Assembly (NCBI GenBank): GCA_016278615.1
Contig: JADQBM010000006.1
Span: forward strand, 36,206 to 100,205
Source: Clostridia bacterium
GTDB lineage: Bacteria; Bacillota; Clostridia; Peptostreptococcales; JAAYPU01
Direction of reading: 5' to 3'
Length of the DNA: 64,000 nucleotides
Part shown: positions 18,660 through 29,290 of the stretch, piece after piece
How positions within the stretch are numbered: position 1 is the stretch's first letter
Layout: each line of letters starts with the position of its first letter
The notes under the pieces: generated by a model
What the model saw: only the letters and a program-made list of their open reading frames with translations
What the model was told of the DNA's origin: nothing
Database searches by the model: none
Made by a program: the position numbers and the translations under genes

Positions 18660-19633
18660 GAAAAATAACTTATGGTCAAGCGATCAAAGAGGCGATGCAT
18701 GAAGAAATGATACGAGACAGTTCTGTCTTTGTGTTGGGAGAAGACATGGGCATTATGGGTAGTGTCTTTGGCTTAACTAAAGGCTTTTTAGAAGAATTTG
18801 GACCCCTCCGTGTTCTTGACACACCTATTTCAGAAAATGGTTTTATGGGTATGTCCGTGGGAGCTGCAATGAGAGGACTTCGTCCAATTGTTGAACTTAT
18901 GTATGTAGACTTTGCACCTATATGTTTGGACCCCATTGTTAACCAAGCTGCAAAAATGCGTTATATGACAGGTGGTCAGATTTCAATTCCTATGGTAATA
19001 CGAGCACCAGGAGGTTCGGGAAGAAGAAATGCCGGACAGCATTCCCAAAGTTTAGAAGCATTGTTCACACATTTTCCAGGTTTGAAAGTTGTTGCGCCGG
19101 GAACGCCCTACGATGCAAAAGGATTGCTAAAATCAGCAATTCGTGATGACGACCCCGTGGTATTTATAGAGCATAAGATTTTATACGCCAGTAAAGGAGA
19201 AGTGCCTGAAGAAGAATATCTGATTCCATTGGGTAAAGCGGATATCAAACGCAGTGGAAGTGATGTCACCATCATTGCCTATTCCAGGCAGACACTCTTT
19301 GCAATGCAAGCAGCAGAAGAACTTGAAAAACAAGGAATTAGTGCAGAAGTATTGGATTTGAGGTCTTTGGTGCCATTGGATTGGGAAACCATTGAAAAAT
19401 CTATTAAAAAAACACATCGAGTTGTATTGGTTCAGGAAGGTGTCCAGCGAGGAGGCTATACAGGCGAGATCGCTTCACAAATTACAGATGAGCTTTTCGA
19501 CTATTTAGATGCGCCTATAAAACGTGTTGCAGGTTTAAATGTCGTACCGCCATTTAGTCCTGCTTTAGAAGATCATACTTATCCAAATCCACAAGATATT
19601 ATTGCGAAAGTTAAAGAAATCGTGTCGAAATAA
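18656..19633 (+). CDS. acoB: E1 beta subunit
   Basis: ATGA overlap with acoA; LGEDMG..., DTPISENGF, transketolase-like pyrimidine-binding fold. Confidence 0.9.
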   Translation: MRKITYGQAIKEAMHEEMIRDSSVFVLGEDMGIMGSVFGLTKGFLEEFGPLRVLDTPISENGFMGMSVGAAMRGLRPIVELMYVDFAPICLDPIVNQAAKMRYMTGGQISIPMVIRAPGGSGRRNAGQHSQSLEALFTHFPGLKVVAPGTPYDAKGLLKSAIRDDDPVVFIEHKILYASKGEVPEEEYLIPLGKADIKRSGSDVTIIAYSRQTLFAMQAAEELEKQGISAEVLDLRSLVPLDWETIEKSIKKTHRVVLVQEGVQRGGYTGEIASQITDELFDYLDAPIKRVAGLNVVPPFSPALEDHTYPNPQDIIAKVKEIVSK

Positions 19634-19649
19634 AAGTAAGGAGGACAAT

Positions 19650-20960
19650 ATGGCAACAAACGTCTTAATGCCCAAACTCGGTCTCACTATGACCGAAGGA
19701 ACTGTTGTTAAATGGAATAAGTCAGTTGGTGATACAGTTAAAGCTGGTGAATCACTGGTAGAAATAGAAACCGATAAAATAAATAATGTGATTGATGCTC
19801 CTGCTGACGGATTACTTCTTAAGGTATTGGTCAATGAAGGAGATGCTATGGAAGTTTCTGGTCTTCTTGCCATAATAGGAGAGCAGGGAGAAAAAATTGA
19901 ATCAGACGCTGTATCGAAACCAGAAAAGGAAGCTCAGCCAGAAGATACTATAGCTGAAGAGACTCAAAGCAATGTTTCCCTTGAGACAGACTCTAATGAC
20001 ACTTGGATTAAAGCCTCGCCTGCTGCTAAAAAGCTGGCTAAAGAATTAGGTATATCTTTGTCGGGAGTTACTGGTACAGGTCCTGGCGGTCGAATTATAG
20101 AGCGTGATATACACAGTTTTAGTGAAAATACTCCAAAAATTAAAGCATCTCCTCTTGCTGTTAAAGTAGCAGCAGTAGAAGGGGTCAACCTATCAGATAT
20201 TAATAAGGATTCACGCATCATGAAAGAGGATGTTATGTCCGCAGCTTCAACTACTAAACCAGTAGAAGCAACTCAAACCCTATCTGACTCAAATGCAACG
20301 GCATTGAGTGGTATGCGTAAAGTTATTGCCCAGCGCATGAGTACAAGTTGGAATACTTCACCTCATGTCAATATGACTTATGAAATTGATATGACGGAAG
20401 CAAAAGAATTGAAAGCTAAAATATCTAAAGCTTCAGGTGCAAAATATTCCTTCACTGAAATAATCGTTAAAGCTACAGCACAAGCATTAACAGAACATAA
20501 GGAAATTAACAGAAGTCTAATAGATAATAAAATTTATCAACACGATACCATTAATATGGGCATTGCTGTTGCCCTTAAAGATGGACTTATTGTGCCCGTT
20601 ATTAAGGATGCACAAAAAAAATCAATTAGTGTTCTTCGAAATGAAATAAGTCTTCTTGGTGAAAAAGCGCGTAATGGTGAACTTTTACCTGGCGAAATCA
20701 GCGGCGGTACTTTTACAATCTCGAATTTAGGTATGTTTGGTGTGGATCAATTTACACCCATCATCAATCCTCCGGAGAGTGCCATACTTGGTGTATGCCG
20801 TATTGTAGAAAAACCCGTTGTTGTAGAAGGTGAAATAGCGGTTCGTCCCATGATGAATCTTTGTCTTTCCTTTGACCACCGTATAATTGATGGGGCAGTA
20901 GCGGCTTTGTTTATGAAAAAACTTCGGCATTTTCTTGAACAACCTTATCAAATACTTTAG
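19650..20960 (+). CDS. acoC: dihydrolipoamide acyltransferase E2
   Basis: Lipoyl domain (VEIETDKINNVIDAP), E3-binding domain (ASPAAKKLAKELGISL), catalytic DHRIIDGA. Confidence 0.9.
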   Translation: MATNVLMPKLGLTMTEGTVVKWNKSVGDTVKAGESLVEIETDKINNVIDAPADGLLLKVLVNEGDAMEVSGLLAIIGEQGEKIESDAVSKPEKEAQPEDTIAEETQSNVSLETDSNDTWIKASPAAKKLAKELGISLSGVTGTGPGGRIIERDIHSFSENTPKIKASPLAVKVAAVEGVNLSDINKDSRIMKEDVMSAASTTKPVEATQTLSDSNATALSGMRKVIAQRMSTSWNTSPHVNMTYEIDMTEAKELKAKISKASGAKYSFTEIIVKATAQALTEHKEINRSLIDNKIYQHDTINMGIAVALKDGLIVPVIKDAQKKSISVLRNEISLLGEKARNGELLPGEISGGTFTISNLGMFGVDQFTPIINPPESAILGVCRIVEKPVVVEGEIAVRPMMNLCLSFDHRIIDGAVAALFMKKLRHFLEQPYQIL

Positions 20961-20989
20961 TGAATGAATAATGCCAAGGAGGGCTTGAA

Positions 20990-22369
20990 ATGTCAAAGAA
21001 AATTATTGTAATAGGAGGCGGACCCGGCGGCTATGTTTCAGCCATTCGTGCCTCGCAGCTGGGTGCAGAAGTGCATCTGATAGAAAATGAAAAAATAGGT
21101 GGAACCTGTTTAAATGTAGGTTGCATTCCCACAAAAGTCCTACTTCATACTGCTGAGTTGTATCACTCTGTACTCCACGGTGATGCTATAGGACTGAAAG
21201 CAGATCATATAAAGATAGATTGGGATACTTTAATGAAAAGAAAGCAAACGGTTATTAGACGTTTGGTTGGTGGTGTAGAAGGACTCCTTAAAGCGAATAA
21301 AGTTATGGTCCACAAGGGAAAAGCAATTTTAGAAGACGAACATACTGTTAAAGTAAATGATGAAAGTATTAAAGGTGATAAAATAATTCTTGCCTATGGT
21401 TCTCTCCCTGTCTCATTGAATTTTCCTGGAGCGAACCTGCCAGGGGTTATTGATAGCACTGCTGCATTGAGTTTGTCCAAACCGCCATCATCTATTGTTA
21501 TTGTTGGTGGTGGCGTTATTGGCGTTGAGTTTGCTTGCTTATTTGCTTCAATGGGAACTAAAGTTACAGTTGTTGAATTACTTCCAGAGATACTTCCTTT
21601 GATTGATATTGAAATTACTCAATTGATTAAGCAGGAGATGAAAAAATTGGGTGTTACTTTTATGAATCAGGCCAAGTTATCTGAAGTTAAAAAGGGATCA
21701 AAAGACTTAATTGCTTGTGTTGATTGCAATGGCAGAGAAGCGCAACTTTCTGCAGAACACGTCCTGGTTGCTGTAGGCAGAAAACCAAATACTGTTGATG
21801 TTGGATTAGAGAAGCTTGGAATTCAGATGGAACGTGGTAAAATTATTGTCAATAAAGATTTTGAAACCAACATACCAGGTATTTATGCAATTGGAGATTG
21901 TAATGGGCAAATTATGTTGGCACATGCTGCTTCTGCTCAAGGCGTGGCGGCAGTAGAACACGCCATGGGACATAATCCTGAATACTTATCCAATACCATT
22001 CCATCCTGTATCTATACCAGTCCTGAAGTCGCAAGCGTAGGTTTGACTGAGGAAGAAGTCAAAAAGCAAAATATTGAATATAAGGTTGGCAAATTCCCTT
22101 TGGCGGGAAATGGAAAATCTATCATTGAAAACGATGGTGTTGGTATGGTTAAAATAATTGCTGGGAAAACACATGGAGAAATCCTTGGTGTTTCCATGAT
22201 GGGTCCAAGAGTTACGGATATAATAGCTGAAGCTGCTCTGGCAATACGATTAGAAGCCACCGCTGATGAGCTTATTACCACCATACACGCCCATCCAACC
22301 ATTAGCGAGAGCATGCCGGAAGCTGCTTTAAGCTTAGATGGTATAGCAATTCATTGGATAAATAACTAA
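20990..22369 (+). CDS. acoL: dihydrolipoyl dehydrogenase E3
   Basis: GGGPGGY FAD motif, redox-active GGTCLNVGCIPTK, C-terminal HAHPT. Confidence 0.9.
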   Translation: MSKKIIVIGGGPGGYVSAIRASQLGAEVHLIENEKIGGTCLNVGCIPTKVLLHTAELYHSVLHGDAIGLKADHIKIDWDTLMKRKQTVIRRLVGGVEGLLKANKVMVHKGKAILEDEHTVKVNDESIKGDKIILAYGSLPVSLNFPGANLPGVIDSTAALSLSKPPSSIVIVGGGVIGVEFACLFASMGTKVTVVELLPEILPLIDIEITQLIKQEMKKLGVTFMNQAKLSEVKKGSKDLIACVDCNGREAQLSAEHVLVAVGRKPNTVDVGLEKLGIQMERGKIIVNKDFETNIPGIYAIGDCNGQIMLAHAASAQGVAAVEHAMGHNPEYLSNTIPSCIYTSPEVASVGLTEEEVKKQNIEYKVGKFPLAGNGKSIIENDGVGMVKIIAGKTHGEILGVSMMGPRVTDIIAEAALAIRLEATADELITTIHAHPTISESMPEAALSLDGIAIHWINN

Positions 22370-22461
22370 CGAATTTGATTTATGAGAATAATAGTTATTG
22401 CTACTATTTATTGTATGGGTATTTTATATTTCAAAAATATCCATGAAAGACCGATTAGGGG

Positions 22462-22932
22462 GTGTCAATAATTTTTACTAAGAATAACAATATGATCTCA
22501 GGAAGGCTATTGCCGGGAGCTGATTTAATTCAGGGATTAAACGAAGTGTGTCGAAAGAATAATATAAAATACGGAAACATTGTAAGCTGCATCGGAAGTC
22601 TCAGCAAGGCCACTTATATATATGCCATCGATGATGACGAGAACCCCATTAAAATCCGTTATTGTGATCCAGTAGTGGTTGCTGGACCTATTGAGCTTAT
22701 TGCTTGTCAAGGGACCATTGGACAGGATGACGGAGAGAGCGTTATCCATTTACATGGTATGTTTAATGATAAATATACCAATGTATATTCTGGACATTTT
22801 TATGAAAAGAACAACACCGTTTTAGCTACTATCGAATTTCTTATAATAGGATACGACTCTCCCGTTATTAATAAAGAGTTTGATAGTGAAACAGGTTTTA
22901 GATTATTAAGATATAATGATGAGAAAGAGTAA
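22462..22932 (+). CDS. DUF296 (PPC-domain) protein
   Basis: GRLLPGADLIQGL...GSLSKATY...VIHLHGMF pattern; start ambiguous (GTG 22462 or ATG 22492). Confidence 0.55.
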   Translation: MSIIFTKNNNMISGRLLPGADLIQGLNEVCRKNNIKYGNIVSCIGSLSKATYIYAIDDDENPIKIRYCDPVVVAGPIELIACQGTIGQDDGESVIHLHGMFNDKYTNVYSGHFYEKNNTVLATIEFLIIGYDSPVINKEFDSETGFRLLRYNDEKE

Positions 22933-22944
22933 GGAGTGTGTCTT

Positions 22945-23694
22945 ATGGATTTTTCTAATAAAATAGTAGTTCTTACCGGCGGAAGTCAAGGCATTGGAAA
23001 AGAAATCGCCTTAGCATATGGACGGGCCAATGGAACGGTTATTATTTTTGATATTAGTATTGAAGAAGCGGAAAAAGTAAGTAATGAAATCATAAAAAAC
23101 GGATCAACAAGCAAGTCATATTTAGTAGATGTTACTAATAGAGAAAGTGTTTCAAAAGCAATAAAAGAGGTAATAGATACCTTTGGAAGAATTGATGTTT
23201 TAGTCAACAGTGCAGGTGTGGTTAACACAAAACCCTTTGTTGACGTTACAGATAAAGACTGGGACTTGGTTATGAATGTCAATTTTAGAGGTGTCTTTTA
23301 TACATGTCACGAAATATTTCCTTTCATGATCGGTGCGAAATATGGTAAGATAGTGAATATCGCGTCGATTGCAGGTAAAAAGGGTGGTGGATTTTTTGGA
23401 AACTCTCTTTATGGTGCTTCAAAGGCTGGTGTCATTGGTCTTACCAAAGGACTGGCTCGAGAAGGTGGCCCACATGGCATCAACGTAAATGCAGTTTGCC
23501 CTGGTCCAACAGATACAAAAATGCTTGAAGGTTTACAAGATGATGTCAGGAAATCATTGATCAACAACATACCTTTAAGAAAGTTTGCAACGCCTAAAGA
23601 CATTGCCAATGTCGTTCTGTTTTTATCATCTGATTTAGCAGGCCATGTATCCGGTGAAATCACTGATGTAGATGGTGGGGTGATGTTAGATTGA
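22945..23694 (+). CDS. short-chain dehydrogenase/reductase (acetoin/diacetyl reductase-like)
   Basis: TGGSQGIGK, NSAG, YGASKAG catalytic YxxxK. Confidence 0.85.
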   Translation: MDFSNKIVVLTGGSQGIGKEIALAYGRANGTVIIFDISIEEAEKVSNEIIKNGSTSKSYLVDVTNRESVSKAIKEVIDTFGRIDVLVNSAGVVNTKPFVDVTDKDWDLVMNVNFRGVFYTCHEIFPFMIGAKYGKIVNIASIAGKKGGGFFGNSLYGASKAGVIGLTKGLAREGGPHGINVNAVCPGPTDTKMLEGLQDDVRKSLINNIPLRKFATPKDIANVVLFLSSDLAGHVSGEITDVDGGVMLD

Positions 23695-23708
23695 TAAAAA
23701 CGAATAAA

Positions 23709-24740
23709 ATGCTTGCAATTGTTAAAGATAAAAAAAAAGTCGGTGCAACACTTAAAGAAGTTGACATCCCTGTAATTTCAGTAGATGAGGTGTTGGTTAA
23801 AGTAGAAGCAACAGCCATTTGTGGAACAGACATGCATATATATGACTGGAATCAATGGGCACAAAATGCCAACATTAAAGAAGATTTGGTAATGGGTCAT
23901 GAATTTTGCGGACAAGTTGTTGAAATTGGTGAAGATGTTAAACACGTGAAAATTGGAGACCGCGTGGTAGCAGAAACACACATTCCATGTGCCACTTGTT
24001 ATCAATGCAAACACGATTTGCAACATATTTGTGCCAATATGAAAATTTTTGGTGTTCATACAGATGGGTGTTTTTCTGAATATGCAAAGTTGCCTGAAAA
24101 ATGTGCCTATGTCATTGATAAGAAGATAGATAGAAAAGTAGGCGCCATGATGGAGCCTATTGGGGTGGGTGTCCGCGCTATATCTGAAGCTGAAGTTTTT
24201 GGAAAAAACCTTGTTGTAATCGGATGTGGCCCCATTGGCCTCCTTACCATTGCTACAGCAAAAACTGCAGGTGCAGCAAAAATAATATCCACGGATATCA
24301 GCAGTTCTCGATTAAACCTTTCAAAACAAATTGGAGCTGATATTACTCTGAATCCTTTAAAGGATGATGTTATAAAGTATGTATTGAACGAAACCAATCA
24401 GGTGGGAACAGATATCATCATTGATAGTTCTGGAAGTGTTCCTGCAATAATAGATGGCTTTAAATATTTGCGGAAAGGAGGCGTTGTCATATTAGCTGGC
24501 TTACCATCCGAAAAAGCAGAAATTGATTTAAGTGTCGATGTTGTTTTTAAGGAAGCCAGGATTATGGGTATTCATGGCAGAAGGATGGATGATACATGGA
24601 CAAAGATGAAAAGTCTCTTAGAAAATAATAAGTTAAATGTAATTGAAGTTGTTAGTCATGAAATGCCTTTAAGTGAATTTGAGACAGCATTTGACTTACT
24701 AAAAAAAGGAGAAGGAAGTAAAATTATTTTATTACCTTAA
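23709..24740 (+). CDS. zinc-dependent alcohol dehydrogenase, L-threonine 3-dehydrogenase-like
   Basis: CGTDMHIYDWNQWAQ and GHEFCG zinc motifs, GCGPIGL Rossmann. Confidence 0.75.
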   Translation: MLAIVKDKKKVGATLKEVDIPVISVDEVLVKVEATAICGTDMHIYDWNQWAQNANIKEDLVMGHEFCGQVVEIGEDVKHVKIGDRVVAETHIPCATCYQCKHDLQHICANMKIFGVHTDGCFSEYAKLPEKCAYVIDKKIDRKVGAMMEPIGVGVRAISEAEVFGKNLVVIGCGPIGLLTIATAKTAGAAKIISTDISSSRLNLSKQIGADITLNPLKDDVIKYVLNETNQVGTDIIIDSSGSVPAIIDGFKYLRKGGVVILAGLPSEKAEIDLSVDVVFKEARIMGIHGRRMDDTWTKMKSLLENNKLNVIEVVSHEMPLSEFETAFDLLKKGEGSKIILLP

Positions 24741-24758
24741 TGAGGAGGAAAATTAATT

Positions 24759-25790
24759 ATGTTAAAAAGAGTATTAAGTTTTGTTTTAATTTTTGTATTA
24801 GCACTTTCCCTTGCGGCTTGTGGTGGCGGTGGCGATGTTGTTGAAGATGGTGACAACGAAGCACCTGCAGTAGACGCAAAAACATTGAAACTAAGTATCA
24901 CAATAAGTGAAAATTCTACTTGGTATGAAGGTGCCATGAGATTCAAAGAGATTATTGAAGAAGAAACTGAGGGCCGATACTTAGTTGATATCTATCCCAA
25001 TGAGCAATTAGCTGGTGGAAACCAAATGAAGGGTATAGAAAACGTTCAAACTGGCGTAACAGATGTAGACATCCATTCAACAATCGTTTACACAATTGTT
25101 GATGAAAGATTTACTGCACTTAACATGCCTTGGATGATTCCAACCTATGAAGAAGCAGACGCAGCTATTAACGGAGAAGGCGGAGAAATGATCTTTGAGA
25201 TCGCAAGAGATAATGGTGTTATACCTTTGGCTCTAGGTGAATCCGGTTATAGACAGTTTACAAATAATGTAAGACCTATCACAAAACCTTCAGATCTTGA
25301 AGCATTAAAAATACGTGTTCCTGGAATCAAAATGTTCTTAGACTTATTTGGTATGCTTGGGGCAGATCCTACAGCAATGAATTTTGCAGAAGTATTTACA
25401 GCTCTACAGCAAGGTACTATTGATGGTCAGGAAAATCCTGTAGACATTATTTCTTCATCTAAACTTGATGAAGTGCAAAAATACTTAACCCTTTCAAATT
25501 ATGTTTATGACGCACTTTTAATGAGTGTTAGCACCAATCTATGGGATTCATTAAGTGACGAAGACAAAGCTATTTTTGAAGCAGCAGGACAAGAAGCTAT
25601 GGCTTATCAAAAAGAAAGAGCTAGAATTGTTAATGATGAAAAAGTAGCTGCTCTAAGCGAGACAATGGAAGTTAATGAATTGTCAGCAGAAGAAATAGCT
25701 GTATTCCAAGATGCTATGGTTCCATTATATGAACAATGGGTAGAAATTTTGGGTATGGACCTTATGAAAGCTTTCGGATACCAAGAATAA
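24759..25790 (+). CDS. TRAP transporter substrate-binding lipoprotein (DctP family)
   Basis: Lipobox LAACGGG; followed by DctQ/DctM genes. Confidence 0.85.
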   Translation: MLKRVLSFVLIFVLALSLAACGGGGDVVEDGDNEAPAVDAKTLKLSITISENSTWYEGAMRFKEIIEEETEGRYLVDIYPNEQLAGGNQMKGIENVQTGVTDVDIHSTIVYTIVDERFTALNMPWMIPTYEEADAAINGEGGEMIFEIARDNGVIPLALGESGYRQFTNNVRPITKPSDLEALKIRVPGIKMFLDLFGMLGADPTAMNFAEVFTALQQGTIDGQENPVDIISSSKLDEVQKYLTLSNYVYDALLMSVSTNLWDSLSDEDKAIFEAAGQEAMAYQKERARIVNDEKVAALSETMEVNELSAEEIAVFQDAMVPLYEQWVEILGMDLMKAFGYQE

Positions 25791-25844
25791 TCCTGTTTGA
25801 TTATAATGATTTAACATTTGTTATCAAACCTTTAATAACTATAG

Positions 25845-25876
25845 AGCACTACAAAGCTTTTATGCTTTGTAGTGCT
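25845..25876 (+). promoter_or_regulatory. intra-operon 13-bp hairpin after the TRAP SBP gene
   Basis: AGCACTACAAAGC-ttttat-GCTTTGTAGTGCT, no T-run. Confidence 0.5.
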
Positions 25877-25899
25877 ACTCTTTAAGAGGAGGAAAGCAA

Positions 25900-26376
25900 G
25901 TGATCAAAATTTATAATAAGTTAGAAGAACTATTATTGGCAGCGTCTTTAATTGTTATGGTCTCGGTTAATTTTCTTAATGTTGTTTCTCGTTACTTTAT
26001 CCATGCCTCCATATCATTTACAGAAGAATTGTTAATGCTGTTATTGATTTGGAACACAATGATTGCATCTGCCCTTGCCTTTAAATATAAAGCACATCTG
26101 GGCTTAAGTGCTCTTACAGACTTATTTCCACAAAAAGTTCAAAAATATGTTGTAGTACTTACTTCAGGTGCTACCATAGTATTAATGGGTGCTCTGTTGA
26201 AATTTGGCATTGACATGCTTAAAAACCAATTTAAATTTAATATCAAAACTCCAGTATTGGAAATGCCTGAATCAATTATTAGCTTTGCCATTCCAGTAGG
26301 CGCAACACTTATCATCCTAAGGGTCATTGAAGCAGGGTATCATGAAATCAAAGGTTTAAAGGAAGGAGAGAAATAA
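25900..26376 (+). CDS. TRAP transporter small permease (DctQ)
   Basis: 4-TM 158-aa protein between the DctP and DctM genes. Confidence 0.8.
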   Translation: MIKIYNKLEELLLAASLIVMVSVNFLNVVSRYFIHASISFTEELLMLLLIWNTMIASALAFKYKAHLGLSALTDLFPQKVQKYVVVLTSGATIVLMGALLKFGIDMLKNQFKFNIKTPVLEMPESIISFAIPVGATLIILRVIEAGYHEIKGLKEGEK

Positions 26377-27653
26377 TGGGATTCATTTTATTTGGATTAT
26401 TTGCAGCTTTTATTTTTGTTAATATACCTATATCTATTTCCTTAGGATTATCGGCTATTATTACCATAATACTATTTGATTTTCCTTTAATAATTTTCCC
26501 TTCCGCCATGTATTCTGCTATAGGCAAATTTAGTTTGCTTGCCATACCTTTTTTTATTCTTGCTGGAGTTATTATGGAAAAAGCTGGGATATCAAAAAGA
26601 TTGATTCATTTTGCCAATGTATGTGTGGGGCATTATAAAGGCGGCTTAGCTATCGTAACTGTAATTGTGGCATGTTTTTTTGCGGCAATCTCAGGTTCTG
26701 GACCTGCTACAGTAGCGGCATTAGGTGCAATACTGATTCCTGCTATGGTCCATGAAGGTTATGATAAGGGAATGGCCTCGGCATTAATGGCTTCATCAGG
26801 AGGAATAGGAATCGTTATCCCACCAAGTATTGCTTTTGTCGTATATGGTGTATTAGCGGAAGTATCCATCGGTAAATTATTTATTGCCGGTATCATCCCA
26901 GGTCTTCTAATGGGATTATCTTTGATAATAGTCAGTTTGTTTATGCTTAGAAAGAATAAAAACTTAAAAAAGAGAGAAAAGGCTACATGGAAAGAAATAG
27001 GCAAAGCCTTTTTTGATGCGTTTTGGGGGCTTATGACGCCTATTATTATTTTAGGTGGTATTTACGGTGGATTTGTAACACCCACTGAAGCAGCTGGTGT
27101 TGCGGTAGTTTATGGATTATTAGTGGGTCTATTCATTTATAAAGAGATAAAAATAAGAGACTTATATAAATTATTAGTTGAGTCTTCTATAGCTTCAGCA
27201 ACCGTTATGTTTATTATTGCCAATGCCAGTGTGTTTGCATGGATACTTACAACAGGTCGGATAGCAAATAACATGGCTACCACACTAATGGATCTGACAA
27301 CCAGCAAAATCGGATTGCTATTATTGATGAATTTGATTTTCCTTATTGCTGGATGTTTTATAGATGCAATTTCTGCATTTTATATCTTAGTTCCTATATT
27401 GTTACCTGTTATACTCGCCATAGGTGTGGATCCCATATTATTTGGTGTTTTCATGACCGTAAATTTAGCCATAGGTTTAGCAACGCCTCCTGTGGGCATA
27501 GATCTATACGTGGCCTGTAACATCTCGAAAATACCATTAAAAGAAATTTCTTATAAAGTATTACCCTTTATTTTTGCCATGTTAATTGCATTACTATTAA
27601 TCACATTCGTTCCACAAATTTCACTATGGCTACCTGAATTTATGGGTATGTAA
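26376..27653 (+). CDS. TRAP transporter large permease (DctM)
   Basis: 425-aa polytopic protein, start overlaps the dctQ stop. Confidence 0.9.
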   Translation: MGFILFGLFAAFIFVNIPISISLGLSAIITIILFDFPLIIFPSAMYSAIGKFSLLAIPFFILAGVIMEKAGISKRLIHFANVCVGHYKGGLAIVTVIVACFFAAISGSGPATVAALGAILIPAMVHEGYDKGMASALMASSGGIGIVIPPSIAFVVYGVLAEVSIGKLFIAGIIPGLLMGLSLIIVSLFMLRKNKNLKKREKATWKEIGKAFFDAFWGLMTPIIILGGIYGGFVTPTEAAGVAVVYGLLVGLFIYKEIKIRDLYKLLVESSIASATVMFIIANASVFAWILTTGRIANNMATTLMDLTTSKIGLLLLMNLIFLIAGCFIDAISAFYILVPILLPVILAIGVDPILFGVFMTVNLAIGLATPPVGIDLYVACNISKIPLKEISYKVLPFIFAMLIALLLITFVPQISLWLPEFMGM

Positions 27654-27698
27654 TTTGGTTAAATGCATTAGCAAATCTTTAATATAAAGAGAGATAAA

Positions 27699-28631
27699 AT
27701 GATTAGTGGGATAAACAGCATACTGACAATTTTCATTATGGTAGGGGTAGGTTTTTTCTTTACAAAGAGGGGATGGTTCAATGATGAGATTGGCCAATTG
27801 TTTTCTCAGATTGTAATTAGAATTGGAATCCCTGCTATGGCAATCGTAAATATAAGCACAAGTTTGCAAAGGGGCACTTTATTTTCATCACTTCAATATG
27901 TTTTCATTGCTATGTTAAGCATGTTGGTTTTATTCGTGATATCCGCTTTTATTGCAAAATTTTTAAAGATTAATAAAGAAAAGAAAATGATTTTTATTCT
28001 CATTTTTACTTTTTCTAATAGTTTTTTTATTGGAATACCTGTCAATGTGGCCATATTTGGAGAAGATAGTTTGCTTTATGTTTTTCTTTTCTTCATGGCA
28101 AATAACATCACATTTTGGACATTGGGTGCTTATGCACTTGCAAATGCAAAAAATAAGAACAAAACCAATTTAAAGAGTTTTTTATCTAATGCAAAAAGAG
28201 CAATTACTCCCGGATTAATTGCAATATTAACGGGTTACTTAATTGTATTGATAGATATTAAATTACCCTATTTTTTATTTGAAGGCCTAAGATATTTAGG
28301 TAACTTATCCATTCCGCTATCCATGATTTTTATTGGAATCGATTTGGCTTTGACAAAAAAGAAAGATTTGACCATTGATACGGCAGCCGTTGTTGGACTT
28401 GTAGGAAGATTTGTAATCAGCCCTATAGTCGTTATCCTGATAATGATCCCTTTTGGAATATCAGGTCTGCCCTATAGTGTATTTATATTAGAAGCAGCTA
28501 TGCCAGCTCAGGCGAATACTGCAATAGCAGCCAAATATTATGATGTGGAGTCAGAATATGCGTCTGCAATGGTGGGATTATCCACTATTGTTAGTATGAT
28601 CGCCATTCCTATATTTGCACTATTACTATAA
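27699..28631 (+). CDS. AEC (auxin efflux carrier) family transporter
   Basis: 310-aa, 10-TM-type profile with a central KNKNK loop. Confidence 0.75.
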   Translation: MISGINSILTIFIMVGVGFFFTKRGWFNDEIGQLFSQIVIRIGIPAMAIVNISTSLQRGTLFSSLQYVFIAMLSMLVLFVISAFIAKFLKINKEKKMIFILIFTFSNSFFIGIPVNVAIFGEDSLLYVFLFFMANNITFWTLGAYALANAKNKNKTNLKSFLSNAKRAITPGLIAILTGYLIVLIDIKLPYFLFEGLRYLGNLSIPLSMIFIGIDLALTKKKDLTIDTAAVVGLVGRFVISPIVVILIMIPFGISGLPYSVFILEAAMPAQANTAIAAKYYDVESEYASAMVGLSTIVSMIAIPIFALLL

Positions 28632-28664
28632 GCTTTTCTCCCCTCATTTATATAAATTAATGCG

Positions 28665-28688
28665 ACTGCCCTTAATAAGGGCAGTTTT
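28665..28688 (+). terminator. intrinsic terminator
   Basis: ACTGCCCTTA-a-TAAGGGCAGT followed by TTTT. Confidence 0.8.
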
Positions 28689-28786
28689 GCATTGTAATCT
28701 AAATTTAAGAGAACTGATTTTCTCAGTTGCAAATGAGAAAAAATGTTTACAGTTTAATATAAAAGGTGTAAAATTACACTAAGGAG

Positions 28787-29242
28787 TTGATGCTTGATAT
28801 GAACAGAGAAGGGTTTATAAAAAAAGCAGATGAAAAGTTAAAAATGATACGAATTGAAAATGATTACACACAAGATAAAATGGCAGAAGCTTTGGGCACA
28901 TCAAAAAAAACGCTGATTCAAATTGAAAAGGGTAGGGCTTCTTTAGGATGGTCTGGAGCGGTAACCTTATGTACCATTTTTAAAAATAGCGAAGTCTTAG
29001 AAATGACCTTTGGGGGACCACCTCATGATGTGATACTTTTGTTGGCTTTTGACAATTATGAAAGCTACGATAAAACAATGGGTGGAAAAGTCTGGTGGAA
29101 AGATATAGAAAAAAGAGGCAAATACAAAGTGCAACAAAATATCATTACTCAACATTATAGGATTTTAGACAGTGTTGAAAGAAAAATCTGTTCCTCTTTT
29201 GATTACAAATATATTAAAAAAAGATTATTGGAACTTACTTAA
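28787..29242 (+). CDS. XRE-type HTH protein with uncharacterised C-terminal domain
   Basis: YTQDKMAEALGTSKKTLIQIEKG HTH; start ambiguous (28787/28790/28799). Confidence 0.55.
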   Translation: MMLDMNREGFIKKADEKLKMIRIENDYTQDKMAEALGTSKKTLIQIEKGRASLGWSGAVTLCTIFKNSEVLEMTFGGPPHDVILLLAFDNYESYDKTMGGKVWWKDIEKRGKYKVQQNIITQHYRILDSVERKICSSFDYKYIKKRLLELT

Positions 29243-29290
29243 AAGGTTACTTTAGAAATAAAATCATGAAGAATGCAACGAGGTAAAATA

